A stretch of 63,490 nucleotides of DNA, filler included, from Hausera hauseri (Eukaryota): NCBI GenBank assembly GCA_046269625.1. It is 11 parts of 11 records of this genome, joined end to end, with 100 filler letters (N's around TTAATTAATTAA, not from the genome) between each part and the next. Parts side by side here need not be neighbours in the genome. Positions count along the whole stretch, not along the records: positions 20,549 to 25,051 come from JBJURY010551118.1; positions 25,152 to 31,450 come from JBJURY010115876.1; positions 31,551 to 35,775 come from JBJURY010690438.1; positions 35,876 to 39,844 come from JBJURY010850413.1; positions 39,945 to 45,359 come from JBJURY010259622.1; 6 more parts are not named here. One strand, given 5' to 3'. The position numbers were made by a program, and so were the translations under genes. The notes under the pieces are model-generated. The model was not told where the DNA came from, did no database searches, and saw only the letters and a program-made list of their open reading frames with translations. Shown one piece after another: positions 25,037-40,195 of the stretch (position 1 is its first letter; each line of letters begins with the position of its first letter).

Positions 25037-25797
25037 CATCTGTATTAAAAANNNNNNNNNNNNNNNNNNNNNNNNNNNNNNNNNNNNNNNNNNNNTTAAT
25101 TAATTAANNNNNNNNNNNNNNNNNNNNNNNNNNNNNNNNNNNNNNNNNNNNCGTCTTTCCCCACTACCATTGTTGCATCTCGGTTTTGTAGATTTTCTAC
25201 GCCAACTCCACTGACGAAATGCTCACAGTTTCCTGCACGTCGTTTCCATGGTTTCCACACATACACACACAAATCGGGTTTACCTGCCGTCATTTGCTTA
25301 TGTTATAAATGAATCAAGATGGAGAGGAGAAGGAAATGAAGAAGAAGAGATAAAAGAAAGGACTAAAAAGTCAGTCATTTCATTGGACAACCGCAACAAT
25401 AACAAAATATCAACAACAACCTCTCACATCATCAATTTTCATCAATTTCAATTGGATATTTCTATCATCAACTGATGAATGATGACAAATGCCAATTGAT
25501 GAATTGCGAAATTTCTTCTTATACTGCTTTTGTAATGACTTTAATTTCCCATTCAAACTCAATCTTGTCCATCTCGATTTCAGACTTTTCACCGTTCTTC
25601 CCGATTTGGAAAAATACGTTTTGTAAATATTTTCAAATGACCGATTTTCCTGTCTGCCTTTATACAGATAAAGATCATCGGATAATGTCCATATTGTTCC
25701 GAAACCTGAAAAAAATTATCATCGTTAAAAATTGCAGCATTTTAATTTTGACAAAATTCTTCTTCGTTAAATAATACTTTTTCTTCATATTGGAAAT

Positions 25798-26123
25798 TTC
25801 CGGTACTTGTTCAGTATTCCCCCTCAATGTTCAGAAATCTCGAATTTGGGCGATTGTCGTTCCTTTAATACTCGATTTACAGTATTTTCATGATATTCTA
25901 TCAATCTAAAACGTATTTGCTGCATAACAACAGATTATGAATCTTGTATACGATGGATACTGAACAAGTGCCGAAATTCTATATTAGGCTACTAAAAAGT
26001 AAAAAAGGCTCAAAAACTATTGCCAAATCAAGCAAAAACATTATAATTCGATAAATGAAACGGAAATTACTAAAAACTGAAGGTTGCTAAACATAGAGGG
26101 GGAATACTGCACAAGTGCCGGAA
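25798..26123. repeat. 34-bp inverted repeat pair (DNA-transposon or MITE ends)
   Basis: TTCCGGTACTTGTTCAGTATTCCCCCTCAATGTT (25798-25831) against the reverse complement of 26090-26123, 3 mismatches. A third partial copy lies at ~25956-25976. Confidence 0.7.
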
Positions 26124-28189
26124 AATAAATTTTGTTATTTTAACAAGCTATTTAAGTACATCAAAAGCTAAAGATCGATAAATAACGAGCATTGGAAAGT
26201 GTGAAAAAAACTCAACAACCAAACGCACCCGTCGATACCACCGCGACTTCACTTGGCTTATCAATACGGCTGTCCATTGGTTTCCCTATCGAATTGAATT
26301 TTAAACACCAACCGTGTTGATAACAAAACCTAATTTGGCGAATATATTTTCCCGGGTCGTTGCTGATGCTACCGGTGAAGAAGTTTCCAACGGACCGTCC
26401 GTTCCAACCGACTTCATCATGTCGTTGCCTGTACCAAAAAGTAAACCTTTGTAAATGGAAGCATATAGATATTTTCATACTTTCTTTCACATACGGCTGT
26501 TTGACATTTTTTTTCGTTTCTAAACCAATGGTAAATGGTAAATTTTAAGCTAACCATACGAAGAATTTCGGAAATTGTGCACAAAAATTCCACTGACAAA
26601 CACGGAATTTTGGTGCACACATTCGGAAATTAAACTATATATCGAACGGTATTAACCTGACATGAGTTTGAAAATGCCGTTATATCCAACAAATGCCGAT
26701 TGCAATTGGCAGACTTTATCAAACTCGATCCCCTCAAAAATTCCCTAAACGGAAATCAGTTGTTGAACCGGCACCACGAACTAACGTTTTTCCCCATTTT
26801 GTACTGATTTAATGTTGCTGTCGTGTTGCATAAATCAAAGACTCGTTGAATCCATTCTTTGTCTGTTTTCGGTTTTAAGTTCGGTCAACAATAATGCCAT
26901 AACAATAAAAATAATGCCGTACCGTAGTCGGTTTTCGACGGAATTTCCACATTCATTTTCCATCGTCGAAGGAATTTCAATTTGTTTGTAGGTCTGGTTG
27001 GATTTCGTTAAACCGTTTTGTGGAAACAACAAAAGAACGTACAGCGTATTTTCATCGTCGATGATTGCGTTTTTACCCACACATTTTTCCAGTAGCTTAA
27101 GAGAAATAAAAATCAGTCAGAATGTCTGAAACAAGCTAACATTATCCAAAAGGTTCCCCGGCAATATATCAAATATCTTCATAAATTTCCTCAAAGACGA
27201 CAGAAATCCACTCAAATAAATATCCCACGGATCCATTCCGCCATTGACAACAATTTCCTATCGAAATGCCATTTAGTCGTACCCATCGAAAATCTACCTG
27301 TAATAGAACCAATGCCAGTCGATAATCTCTAACAATCGACCGAAATTCGTCTCTATGCAGTTGACATTTGATCATTTTATTAGCATGATCAATGGTAAAA
27401 TTTAAATCCCGTTCCGTAATGCTGATCATATTGTCAATGTTAACGTGTTGGACACCAACGTCCGTGTACGGCGTTAGGAATTGCAACAGATTGTAAATCC
27501 AATAACTTTTTACGACAATGGCGAAACAGCGGAATTTCTCGAATTCATCGTGATTGGCGCACGTCAGTCTCATACAGGATATCAGACCTATTTATGCATC
27601 GATAATTTCCACTCCAGATACTTTTCATGAAAGAAATACTTGCAAAAAATGACGCATCTTCCAGATTTGGATCTCTTTCAAATGTTTCCTGAAGGATCTG
27701 TTCCAAAACAGAAACGCCAAACATAAATAATGTTACAATGTAATTTAACTAGATAAATAGCATTGACAAAAAAATGTCACAAATTTTAATGTTCGTATCA
27801 AAAATAAAAAACGAAATGAGTATTCGCATAATTTTGGTACATCTTTTTACGTTGCAATCAAATGTATCACATACACACAAATGAAAATGTTATCCAGTTG
27901 TAATTTAAAAATTCTATATGATAATAATTTGCTGAACATTTACAACAAATTCCGTGATTTTTGTATGTTAATGAAATTCAAATTTTATGACAATTTAATT
28001 GAAAATATGACTAATTTAATGTTAAAGTACAGTATAACCCGGTTATTTGTATAGATGATCAGGAAATAATCAAGGAGTAGTATATTGTTATCGTTTTTTT
28101 TGAAATTTAGCACAAATCTAGTATATGCAAAATATTGTATTTGAAAAACAGTTTTTAATGATAATTGGCTATAATACCATTGGCGAAAT

Positions 28190-30800
28190 ATACAAATGCC
28201 AAAATCGCAGAAGGAAAACCTTGAGAAGAATAAAAAAGGCTTATGTTTTCAGTGTGGCAAAACTCGCCATTGGCGAAGAAACTGGCCTGAAAAAAAAACA
28301 GGGAAACGACATCTGGAAACATCACCAAGTAGCAACATTAGTCAATGTTACCCACACAATAATTCATCTCAGATGCCAATATTTTAATGTACAATCAATT
28401 CTCTTACAACCCGAGCTCTGATTGACACGGATGGCTCGTGTACATTTATTGACGAAAAATTTATCGGAAACCGGGACTGTTATCTCAACCATAAAAACGT
28501 AATTGTTGAGTGAGGAGATACTGAACTGCACTAGAGCATGTAATTGCGATGTTACTGTTGGAGATGTGAAGTTTGAGTTCTTTCGTCAGCAGTTAAATCT
28601 GTTCCTGGAGTGGATGCAGTGTTAGAAATGAATTTTGTAACTGCTGTTGGTGACCTGAATATCAGTTCGAGAGAGGAAGTATTGTTGGGTAAAATTTTCG
28701 TTAAAAAAGCTTTTGTTATTGATACGACTGATGAAATTATTATTGAATATGTAGATTTTACAGCCACATTTACGTCTAGCTCGTGGATCGTTAAATGAAA
28801 TTGGAATACAAAACGAACTATATGTTCACAGAACCGTAGACTGTTACATTACCCTAAGAAGACCGTACTTGATTTTGAGAAAGAAGTGGAAAGGTGCCTC
28901 GATAAAGGTTGGTTACTTCCTTATAGTGGAAATGTAAGGAATTTTTACCATTAATGGAGGTGATACAAAAAAATGAGAACAATTTCTGGCCGGTGTTGGA
29001 TTATAGGAAATGAAATGAGTTTGTTTCGACGGAAACGAGAAAAAGTGTAGCCTGCAATGAAATATTACTTATATGGAGAAAGATGAGCAATAACGTTCAG
29101 ACGTTAGACCTTAGAGATGCTTATATACCAATTCATCTGGACAGTTCAGTGTGGAAATATCAAGTTTTCCAGTTAAAGGGAAATAGATATTGCTTAACGC
29201 GTTTGGGATTCGGACTTAATGTTGCAACAAAAATCATGGAAAAATTGTTAATAAAATTTTGATGACTGACACGAAAATGGCTGAAGGAACAGACTCTTAT
29301 GTTGATGATATAGCCGTAAATGAAGACGCGGTCGCAGTAGCGGCAGTAAAGTACAGGTTAGAAATATTCAGACTTGAATGCAACATGCCAACCGAGATAT
29401 GCAACAACAGAGTTCTGGGATTGTTACTTGGCCATCAAAAATTTTGAAAAGATCGTTGAATGGACTAAATTGGTTAAGTACGTGTGGGTATTTTACAGAT
29501 TGGCTTCGTACATAAGGAAGATCCGCTCCGTGGGAGATGAGCAGTTGATGTATCAGAGACCTGCAGAATCTGGTGCGACGTAAGTAGTCTCGCAATAGGA
29601 ATGTGTAATAAAGTGGAAAACTAAATTGTTGAGTATGCAATCTAATTAAGAAAGGAAACACACGTAAATAATACAATTGTAGCTGAGTTGGAAGCCGTTA
29701 TAAAAGGTTAATGCCGTTGCAAGCTTGGTTTTCAAAATTATTGAAATACATTCAGACTCATCGTCAGTATTAGCTTGGATCAATTCACCGTCGTTGAAAG
29801 AAAAAAGAGTTAGAGTAAGCGGGTTATCCGAAACATTAATTAAACGCAAGTTAAATTATCGAATTTTACTCCTTATCAATATCGCCACGTTGGATAGCCT
29901 CTAGCTTGATTAGAGCTGATGTTTTGACGCGCGTTTCAAATCTCTGGCTTCATAAGCGCGGGAGTAATTATGCAACTTAAGTATGCGATGCAACAGCTCT
30001 AAGGCCAGATGTTGCTGATGTAATTTGGAATAGGCTTCACGATGGGTCCAGAAAAACAAAGTAAGTCTTGGACAAAACGTAGCCTAATTTAGGTGAGACT
30101 GTAGACGATATTTGCCGGAAAATTAAAAATTGTTAAAAATGCCTGTCGATTTATCCGAGTTCTATCGTGTGGGAAAATGGATGTTTAAACAGTCAATACA
30201 CGTAGAAAAGATTAGATCTTGACGTGACGCACTAATGGGAAACTCGTTTCCTAAAGGTGACAGACTGCGGGCCGAACAGATACACGTTATGGTGACATTT
30301 GGACAATGAATGAGTAAATCTTTTCATATGTCAGCTTGGTAGCATTTTCAGGGAATTATTCGAGCTTTAAACAGACAGATGCTCGGAGATGTGTAATGAA
30401 TGGAATGTCAAGATACTCTTCCGTTACTTCATGAAGCCCTCTGGAAATGGCATTGTTGAACGTTGTCATAGGACAGTCAAGGGTAGGGTAGCGAGAACCG
30501 GTAAAAGTGTTCTCGACATGGTATTCTGTTTTAGTGTGACGCCAATGGGGACCTACCCTGAACGGTACTTTTCGAGAGAAAATTGAGCATCCCCGGAAAC
30601 AATGGGTTGAATCAAATTCAGAGTGATGTATCCCATAAAGATTGCTTCACAGCTGAAGATCAAGTTTATGTAAACCGCCGCCTGATGTTTGGTAACCAGG
30701 GCAGGTTCCGCGATTAACAAACGATAATTCAACGATTGAGGTAGATGGATTCCCAGACATGTGAATCACATCAGGTCGGCAAGTATTGCTCAAAATGTTC
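28190..30800 (+). mobile_element. Highly degraded compact LTR retrotransposon (gag knuckle-PR-RT-RH-IN)
   Basis: CFQCGKTRHWRRN; ALIDTDGS; LDLRDAY...YCLTRLGFGL; SYVDDI; AELEAV...HSDSSSVLAWI; PSGNGIVERCHRTVK. Confidence 0.85.
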
Positions 30801-31550
30801 AGCATCGAATGAGTCCAATGGAAGAAGACTCGGGGTTTCCTCCAAAAAGAACTAGTAAACCTCCGTATAGCTTTTGGGATTGTCTAACAGACGATGTTTC
30901 AGATAACACTTTGTTGTGTGAGCCTATTAATAATGTTTAATTTGTTTGAATAAGTTAATTTACGTAAGAAAAGATTTTCAAATATATAGTTTTCATAAAT
31001 TGTTATTTCTTGTCTTACACATCTAAAATATGTAATGTAAGAATGAAAGAACAAAAAAATATATTCTCACAGCCTGCCCTATTTGAAATTGTTGATCCAT
31101 TCAGACTGTTTGAACTACTCTGCAAAGACTTCTTATTCATTCATAACTTAAGTAGAATAATTTGAAACATAGCTCGAAGACTTATCTTAATTTCTGATGT
31201 AAAAATTGTCGATGTAATTAGTATATGATAGAAAACCATTGCTTTCCACATTGAAATATCGATACTCTACTCAGAGCAAGAGAATCATCCAAATAATAAA
31301 CAAACGCCACAGTGGTGTACACAGAAAAATATTTCGGGAGTATATTTTTTCAAATCTATAGTACAAACCAACTGCGAGCTACAGTGCGTGTGAAAAGTAT
31401 GTTAACACCTTGTTTTCAATATGAACATGTTTTATTATGTTACGTAATTGNNNNNNNNNNNNNNNNNNNNNNNNNNNNNNNNNNNNNNNNNNNNTTAATT
31501 AATTAANNNNNNNNNNNNNNNNNNNNNNNNNNNNNNNNNNNNNNNNNNNN

Positions 31551-34500
31551 CAGATAAAGGCATAAAAACGCTAAGGATAGAAAATTTGGAGAAGTGTGGA
31601 TACCAGTAGACGAAAATATTCCACCGAAAACGGAGATAATAATTTATGCACAAGATCAGCAAGATGATAAACAACCAGTATATTTTGAACCCGAGGAAAC
31701 CCTAAATCCAAATATAATGCTCAGTATCGTATTGACAAGAGTACACTTCGGACGTGTGCCGACCACAATAGCGAATAATGCACCAACTTCCGTCAAGCTT
31801 CATGCTTATACCACTCTAGGAGACACGTATAGAGTGTCGTCAATAATTATCGAATAAAAACCTTATAAGTATGCTGAATTTTCACCTCATGTCGAAACTA
31901 ACTTCTATCCTGAATCTTATTGTTGATTCTATGATTTACTATGCCGCTACAAATCGGTTATCGCTAAGGACGAAGAAGACATAGGCAGAGCAAAAGCTTT
32001 GAATTTGACTATTCCACTCAAGAAAAAGCCAGATTAGAACGAAGAGATAGACTTGGAGGACCAGAAGATCCCAAAATGGTACCCTCTACCACGTTCACTT
32101 AGACCAGAAATAACGAAGGAAGTCAAAAGAATTCTAAAGGCCGATATAATCCGGCCCAGCTACAGATCTTGGTATTCGCCAATCCTCATGGTTAAAAAGA
32201 AAGGTACCACAAAACACCGATTTTGTATTGATTAGAGCCTTAAATAATCTTATGATGAAAGATTCTTTCCCATTACCATCGGTAAAAGAGGCTTTGGATA
32301 GGCTCTCAGGAGCAAAATGGTTTACCACCCTGGACTTACAATCCGGATATTGGCAAGTGGAGATTGAGGACGAAGCCCGTTATAAGACAGCATTCAAAAC
32401 TCACGATGGTGTTTACGAATTTTATATCATGCCGTTCGGTATTACTACCGGGCCAGCCATATTTACGAGAATGATGAACAAAATGTTAATGGGACTAGAT
32501 CACGCTTTTGCGTACTTAGATGACGTAATGATAGCGTAAAGACAGAAGAGGAACACTTAAAGGACATTGAACATACGCTAATGCGTTTAGAACAAGCCGG
32601 ACTGAAATTAAATCCAAAGAAATACAAATGGGCTCAAAATGCAGTATCCTACCTTGGCCATATAGTTGGAGAAGGAGGATCGAAACCGGATAAATCGTTA
32701 TTAAACAAAATATCGGATTGCATGGAACCATAAAACCAGAAAGAGCTAAGACACTGGTTAGGACTCTGCGGATATTACGCGACCTACGTACCGGATAATT
32801 CAAAAATTAATGCACCTTTATATCATCTGCTTAAAAATGGAATTAAATGGAAATGGACAGACGTCGAACAAAAAGCCTTCGATGAGATGAAGAAGATATT
32901 AACAAGTGAACCTGTTTTACGTTACCCAGACTTTAACTTACCATTTATAATCAAGACAGATGCCAGTAAAGAAGGCATTGGATATGAATTAGCACAGAAG
33001 AGAGGACAAAGAGTTAGAACACCCGATTGCATATGGAGGACGTTCTTTGAAGAAAGCCGAGAAAAATTATTCTGTTACCAAATTAGAAACCCTAGCTGTA
33101 AAAAAAGCACTTCGACATTTTAACGTTTACGTGTACGGGCAGAAAATTATAATTGTCACCGATCACAAGGCCGTTACGACCTTAAAAGGCCGGGCAAATA
33201 ACCCGACATGCAGACTAAATAAGTGGATCGAAGAAATCTCCAGATATAATATCGAATTCCAGTATAAGCCAGAAAATAAGCATGTAGATGCTGATGCGTT
33301 ATCAAGATTAAAGATTAAAACGAGCGCAATTACTGTAATGAAGAAAAGCCAACTCGAAAAGATAATAGATCGTCAACGCGCCTTGACAATGGATAAAGCG
33401 ATTAAAATTTCGACAGAGAGAAGGGATAAAGTCATCCAACAGGTTATAGAATTTGTTAAAAAGGATGTCATACCGAAGGGACGACAGTTAAAGAAACATT
33501 TATACAGACATGGATATAAATACTGCGTCCTAAATGATGAAAACGAAGGAGACATATTATATTACGAACGGAAAGGAAAGAAACTGATAGTTATCCCAAA
33601 AAGTTTACGAACCGAAGTGTTGATGTCAGAACATGACTCATACTTAGCCAGACACATGTCCTAAAAGAAAACACTAGAAAGAATAATGAAAAAATACTTT
33701 TGGCCTAGTATCTATATCGATGTAAAGAATTGGGTAAGCGCTTGTGAAATATGTGCAACTAAACAAAAGAAGTCGAAAATTTACATGGCCGAACTGAAAC
33801 CAATCAATGTGCCAGATAGGCCTATGCAAGCCATGTCAATGGATGTCGTAAAACCTCTTCCTACGACCCACAAGAACAATAAGTACATTTTGACTTGTAT
33901 TGATCAATTAACTCATTTTATCGAATTAGTAGCGCTAATTGATCAAAGAGCAGAAACTTTAGCAGAAGCAGTAGTAAGAAGAATCATTTGTCGATATGGA
34001 CCACCAGATCAAATATTAACGGATCGAGGAAGAAACTTTACCAGTAAACTTTTCGAGATTATCAAAATATTCGAAATCGAACGATTAACAACTACCGCAT
34101 ATTACCCTCAGTGTAATGGAATGGTTGAGCGAATAAATGCAACCGTTATACGAATACCATCAACAGTGGTAGCTAAACACCAAAAAGATTAAGACAAATT
34201 TCTTGAAGGGACTCAATTGGCTATCAATACCACACCACATCCTGCGACGGGATTTACACCATTTTTTATGATGTACGGACGTGAAGCTGTGTTGCCCACA
34301 GATTTAGGAATGACGCCATACGCAGCTAGTCTCGAAGATTTAGAACAGAACTTTGAAAAAGTATTGCAGACACGATTACAAAAATGTTGGGAAATCGCCA
34401 AGGAATTATCTCAAGAATACCAAGAACAATTTAAAATGCAATATGATAAGAAAGTGAAACCACATGATTTGGAACCCGGAAGCTGGGTTTATGTACATTA

Positions 34501-34700
34501 TCCAGTAGCCAAAAAGGCACCTCGTTGAAATTGACCCGCACTGGCAGAGAACCGTATGAAGTTACCCGAGTTACGCCAACCACGGTATATGTCAACAAAA
34601 ACGGAAAGGAAGAAGTTGTGTCAGTACAAAGAGCTGTCAAGACAGAAATACGGCCCAACAAACGTTATAATTTACGCCAACGTGAGGTAAAACTTCCTCA
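31551..34700 (+). mobile_element. pol: Ty3/Gypsy pol (RT-RNase H-integrase), frameshifted
   Basis: LDLQSGYWQV, KTAF, MPFG, YLDD; TDASKEGIG, TDHKA, ADALSR; H...H/C..C zinc finger; MDVVKPLP, TDRGRNF, NGMVERIN. Confidence 0.95.
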
Positions 34701-35775
34701 ATAATTGCTAGACCAATATCATACGTTCAGATAGTTTTGGCATTATCGTTGATTGCATCCTATATTCCAAGAATACAGACGCAATGGTGACATGATGAAT
34801 CTACGCTAAGAGATATATAGGGAATTCGGAAGTATGGATCAAAATCTGAAGCAACTAAAACAGAAAAGAAACCAACAGTTAAAAAAATTCAAAGACAGGA
34901 AGATACTAAATTGTTACAATCAATGACAATTCATTATTACTCGCCAAACGCAGTATGTGTCGGATTTAAGGCTTGGAGACCACACCACTATTTCGGAAGA
35001 TTTCAAATAGGTTTATATGGTGTAACAACAAAAGAAGCGAAGAATTGTGATTTTGAACCTGGAGAAAATATGCAGTGTCGCGACATAGATTTTGGACGTA
35101 CTTATAACCTTACCTATCGCCTGTACTTACCAGACTCAACCGAAGTTTATATTGAAGTAAAACCACGATCTCAATTAGTCATTCCTGCATGGAACAGACA
35201 CCATGGAGTAAAGCCCAGCGAAATGCTACGATCTACCAACCCGGATGTAAGACTATTAGATAAGAATATCCAGAGAATCTCTGTAAATAAGCAAAAACAA
35301 TGCATTCAAGTAGATACTCAAATAGGATTAACTCTTAGCCAAGAAATTAGTATCGTTTTCGAAGCGGTAAACGGAAAAACCCCGAAAATAAATTACTGTT
35401 CTGTACATACCGGTGTGCAACGCCCACGTTGTAAGTTACCAGTAAACCAAGAATTCAAAATAAAACTCGACTTATATGAAATAAGGCCGAATAAACCGAC
35501 CAAACATTTGCAGACTTACTATCCGAAAAATAGAATATGGAAAATCACAGTAGACATGCCTAATAAAAGGCCAACCACTCGAGTTAGTGCCATTACGATA
35601 CCCGTTACGTCAGGCAGTGTGCCTAAAAGAGAATTAGAGAGCATCCCTATTAAATATTCGGCATATCGATCTAAAATTGTGTTCCTTGTGGAAGAGAAGC
35701 AAAATTACGATATACACGTAAGTTGTCGAACAACACATGATAATCAAATTGTAACATTATTTAAAAATACTTATC
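34701..35775 (+). pseudogene. Post-integrase ORF: signal-peptide-like start plus tandem Cys-containing beta-rich (FN3-like) domains, truncated by contig end
   Basis: IVLALSLIASYI hydrophobic stretch in frame with the open frame from 34911. Pattern similarity to 55688-57084. Confidence 0.6.
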
Positions 35776-38700
35776 NNNNNNNNNNNNNNNNNNNNNNNNN
35801 NNNNNNNNNNNNNNNNNNNTTAATTAATTAANNNNNNNNNNNNNNNNNNNNNNNNNNNNNNNNNNNNNNNNNNNNATTCAGCCTGTCAGTCGCCAGATCA
35901 ACCTCAGTTGTGCATGCAGTAAGTCTACAGATACTCCATCCTACCCTTAGTAAATCCGGTAGGACGCAGCTGCTGCCAACTCCTGATGTGACGATTTCAG
36001 CTTTTTTTTTTTTTTTAAATTCGCGGCACACTAAATACAGAGTTACATTTTCGCGGCCTACCACTGATAATACAATTAGCACCACCAACTGACTATACAA
36101 CTTCAATTTCTTGACCAAAATGAATGTTGCATTCTCAGTATTACGGTTTCAGCTGGCATCAATATAACACTGGTACACAGAGGTTAGCAGCGAATGCTTA
36201 AACAGGTATGCTTCTCAATGATTTTGCTCGTAAATTTCCGCCCCTACGTAAATACCCGCGGCACACCTGAGGGGCCAAGCGCGGCACATTGAAAAATAAA
36301 AAGCCCGATATGTTGAGACTGTTCTTCTACTCACCGTACGATACTCATGTCTAGCAACATCATGTTTTAACTCTTCCCTCAATCAGGACAGAGACTTGGA
36401 ATTCAAGTCACCAAGAGTAAAGGCTGGCTACCTACCGGTATGTCAGTCAAGACAACATTACTTTCATGTAGCCTCGTGAACTCATTGCTCCTCTATAGGA
36501 ATAGATTAGGCTCTGGCGGCTCCTTTTGTGCCTTAGCAGTGGGAATTGTCCATCCTATCGATTGTCTTTATCCTAGTGACACAGCTCATTAACACTGGAC
36601 AATGGCACTTAATGGCATCAAAGTCAATAAGAGCTGATGCTCTTTAACTGTGGAACAAAGACAAGAGCTCAAAAACAAGAACTGATGCGGATGACTGTAG
36701 GATCAAAGACAAAAGTTCATGGATAGCTGATACAGTCAGAATCCTTGAAGCTATAACCACTTTATGGTAGGTTCTATTCATGATTTAGAAAAATACACAA
36801 CGAAAAAAAAATTAATCCTCTCTTGTTCATACTGATTTATTGAATAAATTCGTCACAATACATAACACAGACAAAGACAAATGTTACCTGAAACAAAGCA
36901 GAGAATAGTATAAACACAATATAAAAACAATAACAACCTATATAACCATTGATAATGATAAATACACAAGGCTTTGTTCTTACTTTGTCAGGAAGTCCTA
37001 AAAATCTGTATTCAAAATACATTATGTACATAGATATGTTTGGGTTCTTTCATAGTGTACTGATCATAAAACCATTACAAATATATACTTAAAAAAAGCT
37101 TCATTCATTCTAAAGCAGAGATGAAATAATTAGCTGTGAAAAAATTAAACACACATTATCTCTTTATTATTGCATATTCGCTATCATTTTCCAGTTTTCT
37201 TTGCTCCCTCAGGAGTATGGGGCAGCATAGGTGATCCCATTTGTAAAAACTACAGCCAAATCTATGTGTTAATGCAATGATCTCATTTGTATTTCATTAA
37301 GTGTAGAAGACTTTAAAACTTGTTTTCCATGCTTAATGAAGCCAATATGTGTTAATGAAATCAGTATCACAGCCTTCATGGCATTCCCATATCTTCTCAG
37401 CTCCTTGTTCCAGCAAACACAAGAGTTTTCTTCTTTGTTGTCCCATCAGATCTTTTAATGTGAGTCCATTTTGTTTTTTTCATCCTTGCATACATCCAGC
37501 TCCATTATTCTTCTCGTTTACACGTTTTCACCCATTCTGTCTCATCTCATTGTGGTATCTCAGACATAGTACTCACTGACTTTATCACTATCAATGTACC
37601 TCCCAAAGGAGCATTTCCAGCCAACCCTTCTGCTCATTCATTTCCCCTCAACCCTTTATGACTTGGTCAGCATATCCATATAATACTATTCACAGGTGTT
37701 TGCTCAATGTTAACTTGTGATATGTTGTTTAAGAAAGAACACTTGCACAGATTCAAACAGAAGATTTCTAGTGTACAAAACCTCTATTGTGTCATATTAA
37801 GTGCAGAAAGACTAAGTTCAACATTTCAGTTTAAAGGACTGAAGGTTGGATATTTATAAAGCAAACACACATTTTGATTTCAATGAACCTGTCTCCACAA
37901 AGATTATATATTACTGCATTTACATGTTTCATTTTATTAAAGTAACACAATAAAATAAAGCATATATTTATAAAATAAAAATTAAAAAACAAATGCATAA
38001 AATGAACTCAATCACATTGATAGAATCAAGTGCTGCATTCTGCGGCAAATGTGAACAGTTAGTCAAAGTAAAAATATTAAACAATATAATCCATGCAACT
38101 ATAATTTAGTGAAAATGATGACAAAATGAGTAATTATAACATGATTCAATGTTTTTATTAATGCTTGTTGTCAAGAATGTGATTAAGGTAAAATATTTTA
38201 AATGGGGAAGTTTGTTAAATATTTCTTTGTACAAAATGAATTACCTGGAAACAATGCATTCTGGACGTTGATATAAGGATTGCTAGCTTCCATGAAGTTT
38301 TATGACTGACACTGCAATACAATCAATGATGTGACCATGTTGCGTATGAACATATTTTCTGCAAATGTTTTGTGGATTTTCAGAAAGCCTGTGCAGTTCT
38401 CACTAGCACTGAATGATATAATACTTCTTGTGACTGTGTGTCACTGATTACTTCCCTTCCCACTGCTGGCTTGATAGCATTCTAATATCTACAGATTCTG
38501 TGGGGCTCACTCATGTGCAGTCCCCTGTACTGTGTAACATAGCATCTCCATCTTCCAAAAGAAGTAATGTGTAGGACCTTATAGGAGCAGGGGAAAAGAG
38601 TTAGAACAGAGATTCTTGAAGCTGGATTTTCAAGGCAAAACTCAAGTCACAGGATAAAACACTATACGAAATAGAGTGACTGGTCCAATACAGGATCGAC

Positions 38701-39117
38701 TCGAGGTGCAGTGTTTCTGTATTATATGTTTCAGGGGATGAAAAGTTGAAGATGATGATTCTAAAATAACATAAACAAAGCAACATAGTAAAACAGCTGA
38801 AAACTTAACCTGCTTTCTGAAGAACACATAGACAAGAAAATTACCATGATTAGCAAAAATAAAAATGCTACAATTACAAAAATGCTGTGGCACATGGATG
38901 CAGACCTCTGGCACCTGGAAAGTTAACACATTGAACACATTGTCCATTTTTTCTGCCTCGTTCTTTGATACACATAACCATTTGAAAGATAAAGTCACGT
39001 TGCAATCAAATTAAATTCTTTGTGGCAAAGTTCATCACTTGCTTAGTCAGCACAATAAAAATCAGCCGATGTTTACTTCAAATAACTAAACAATAAACTT
39101 GCATGAAACAAACAGTA

Positions 39118-39245
39118 ATCATCATCATCAGGTGACATGCTGCAAAGCGTAGGTCATTATGGATCTCCATCTCTCGCGATTCCTCATGTTAACAATCATC
39201 TCCGCTGTTGAGTTACTTCCGAGCCATTCACACATAAAAATGTAC
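39118..39245 (-). mobile_element. 3' remnant of a non-LTR (RTE-like) retrotransposon
   Basis: Reads ...MRNRERWRSIMTYALQHVT* followed by a (TGA)n tail. Confidence 0.5.
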
Positions 39246-39446
39246 AGTAAATGTTTGCTATGGTGGCATAGTGGTTTGTTCACTTGCTTGCTGGTTGTAT
39301 GTTCATAGGCTGTAAAAAGTAAAGTCCATTCATGCCTATAGGGGAATGTGGAGTTAGTGTCCACAATTTTCCTTGACATCAACACATGATTGGATTACAT
39401 TGTCAGCACAATTCCAGGCTGTTTTTACTTTCCTAAAGAATTTCTC

Positions 39447-39574
39447 TTTTTTTTTTTTTTTTTGAGGATAGATATATCCCATGGTTGAAAAAAATTCAAC
39501 CTGCCACAATTGGGGTTATACCCTTGGCCATGTGATTGGCAGGTGACTGCGCTAACCACTGCACCACCACGGCT
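39447..39574 (-). mobile_element. tRNA-derived SINE (Gly-GCC-like head) with poly(A) tail
   Basis: Minus strand AGCCGTGGTGGTGCAGTGGTTAGCGCAGTCACCTGCCAA...GGGTATAACCCC (A box intact, B box decayed), then a short body and A17. Confidence 0.65.
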
Positions 39575-40195
39575 CAATTTTTAGCCAGTGTTATGGAAAA
39601 ATGTGGTAATTAACCTCACATTCTCCTATATGCCTTAGGTGAATGGACTTTACAACACAAACAGTAAAAACATTTCTGTAAACTTAAAATTCTTAGTCAA
39701 CAATGTCCAGTGATTCGCAAAGAACAAACAATGTAAACACTGAAAAATGTTCTGATTTGTAAACAATTTGATGCATGCTAAAATGCGAATCAAGTGTAAT
39801 TTACATGAAGAGGTGAAGAATTTCAGTATTTGTTATTTAAAAAANNNNNNNNNNNNNNNNNNNNNNNNNNNNNNNNNNNNNNNNNNNNTTAATTAATTAA
39901 NNNNNNNNNNNNNNNNNNNNNNNNNNNNNNNNNNNNNNNNNNNNGGGTTAAAGTATTATTATTCTGCTTATTAAGATTTCATTACTGTAGAATTTTCAAT
40001 TAAATTGACGTTTGATCTAATTACCATGAAACAGTGACATTTAGATAATAATGGCACATTTCTAGCATAAGGCATTGAATGTCATATTTCGGTAGGCTTC
40101 AGAAATGCAAAATAAATCAAATAAATTCCAATGAGAGCAACAATTTCGATCGCCTGACAAACAATATCTAAAATAAAAATAGCAAGCAGATAATA

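Noticed and set aside
4154-25051. Treating the two Polinton fragments as one element
   Set aside because: They are on separate contigs. It is possible but cannot be supported from this window.
26212-27573. Minus-strand ORFs (92, 81 and 134 aa) as a host membrane or receptor gene
   Set aside because: They look coding-like, but I could not recognise any family motif or a consistent exon structure.
35990-36300. Repeated CGCGGCAC motifs suggesting a hAT/MITE end
   Set aside because: No matching second terminus or target-site duplication is identifiable.
39505-39574. Functional tRNA-Gly gene
   Set aside because: The B box/T arm is decayed, there is no proper acceptor stem, and a body plus poly(A) follows. 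It is SINE-like.
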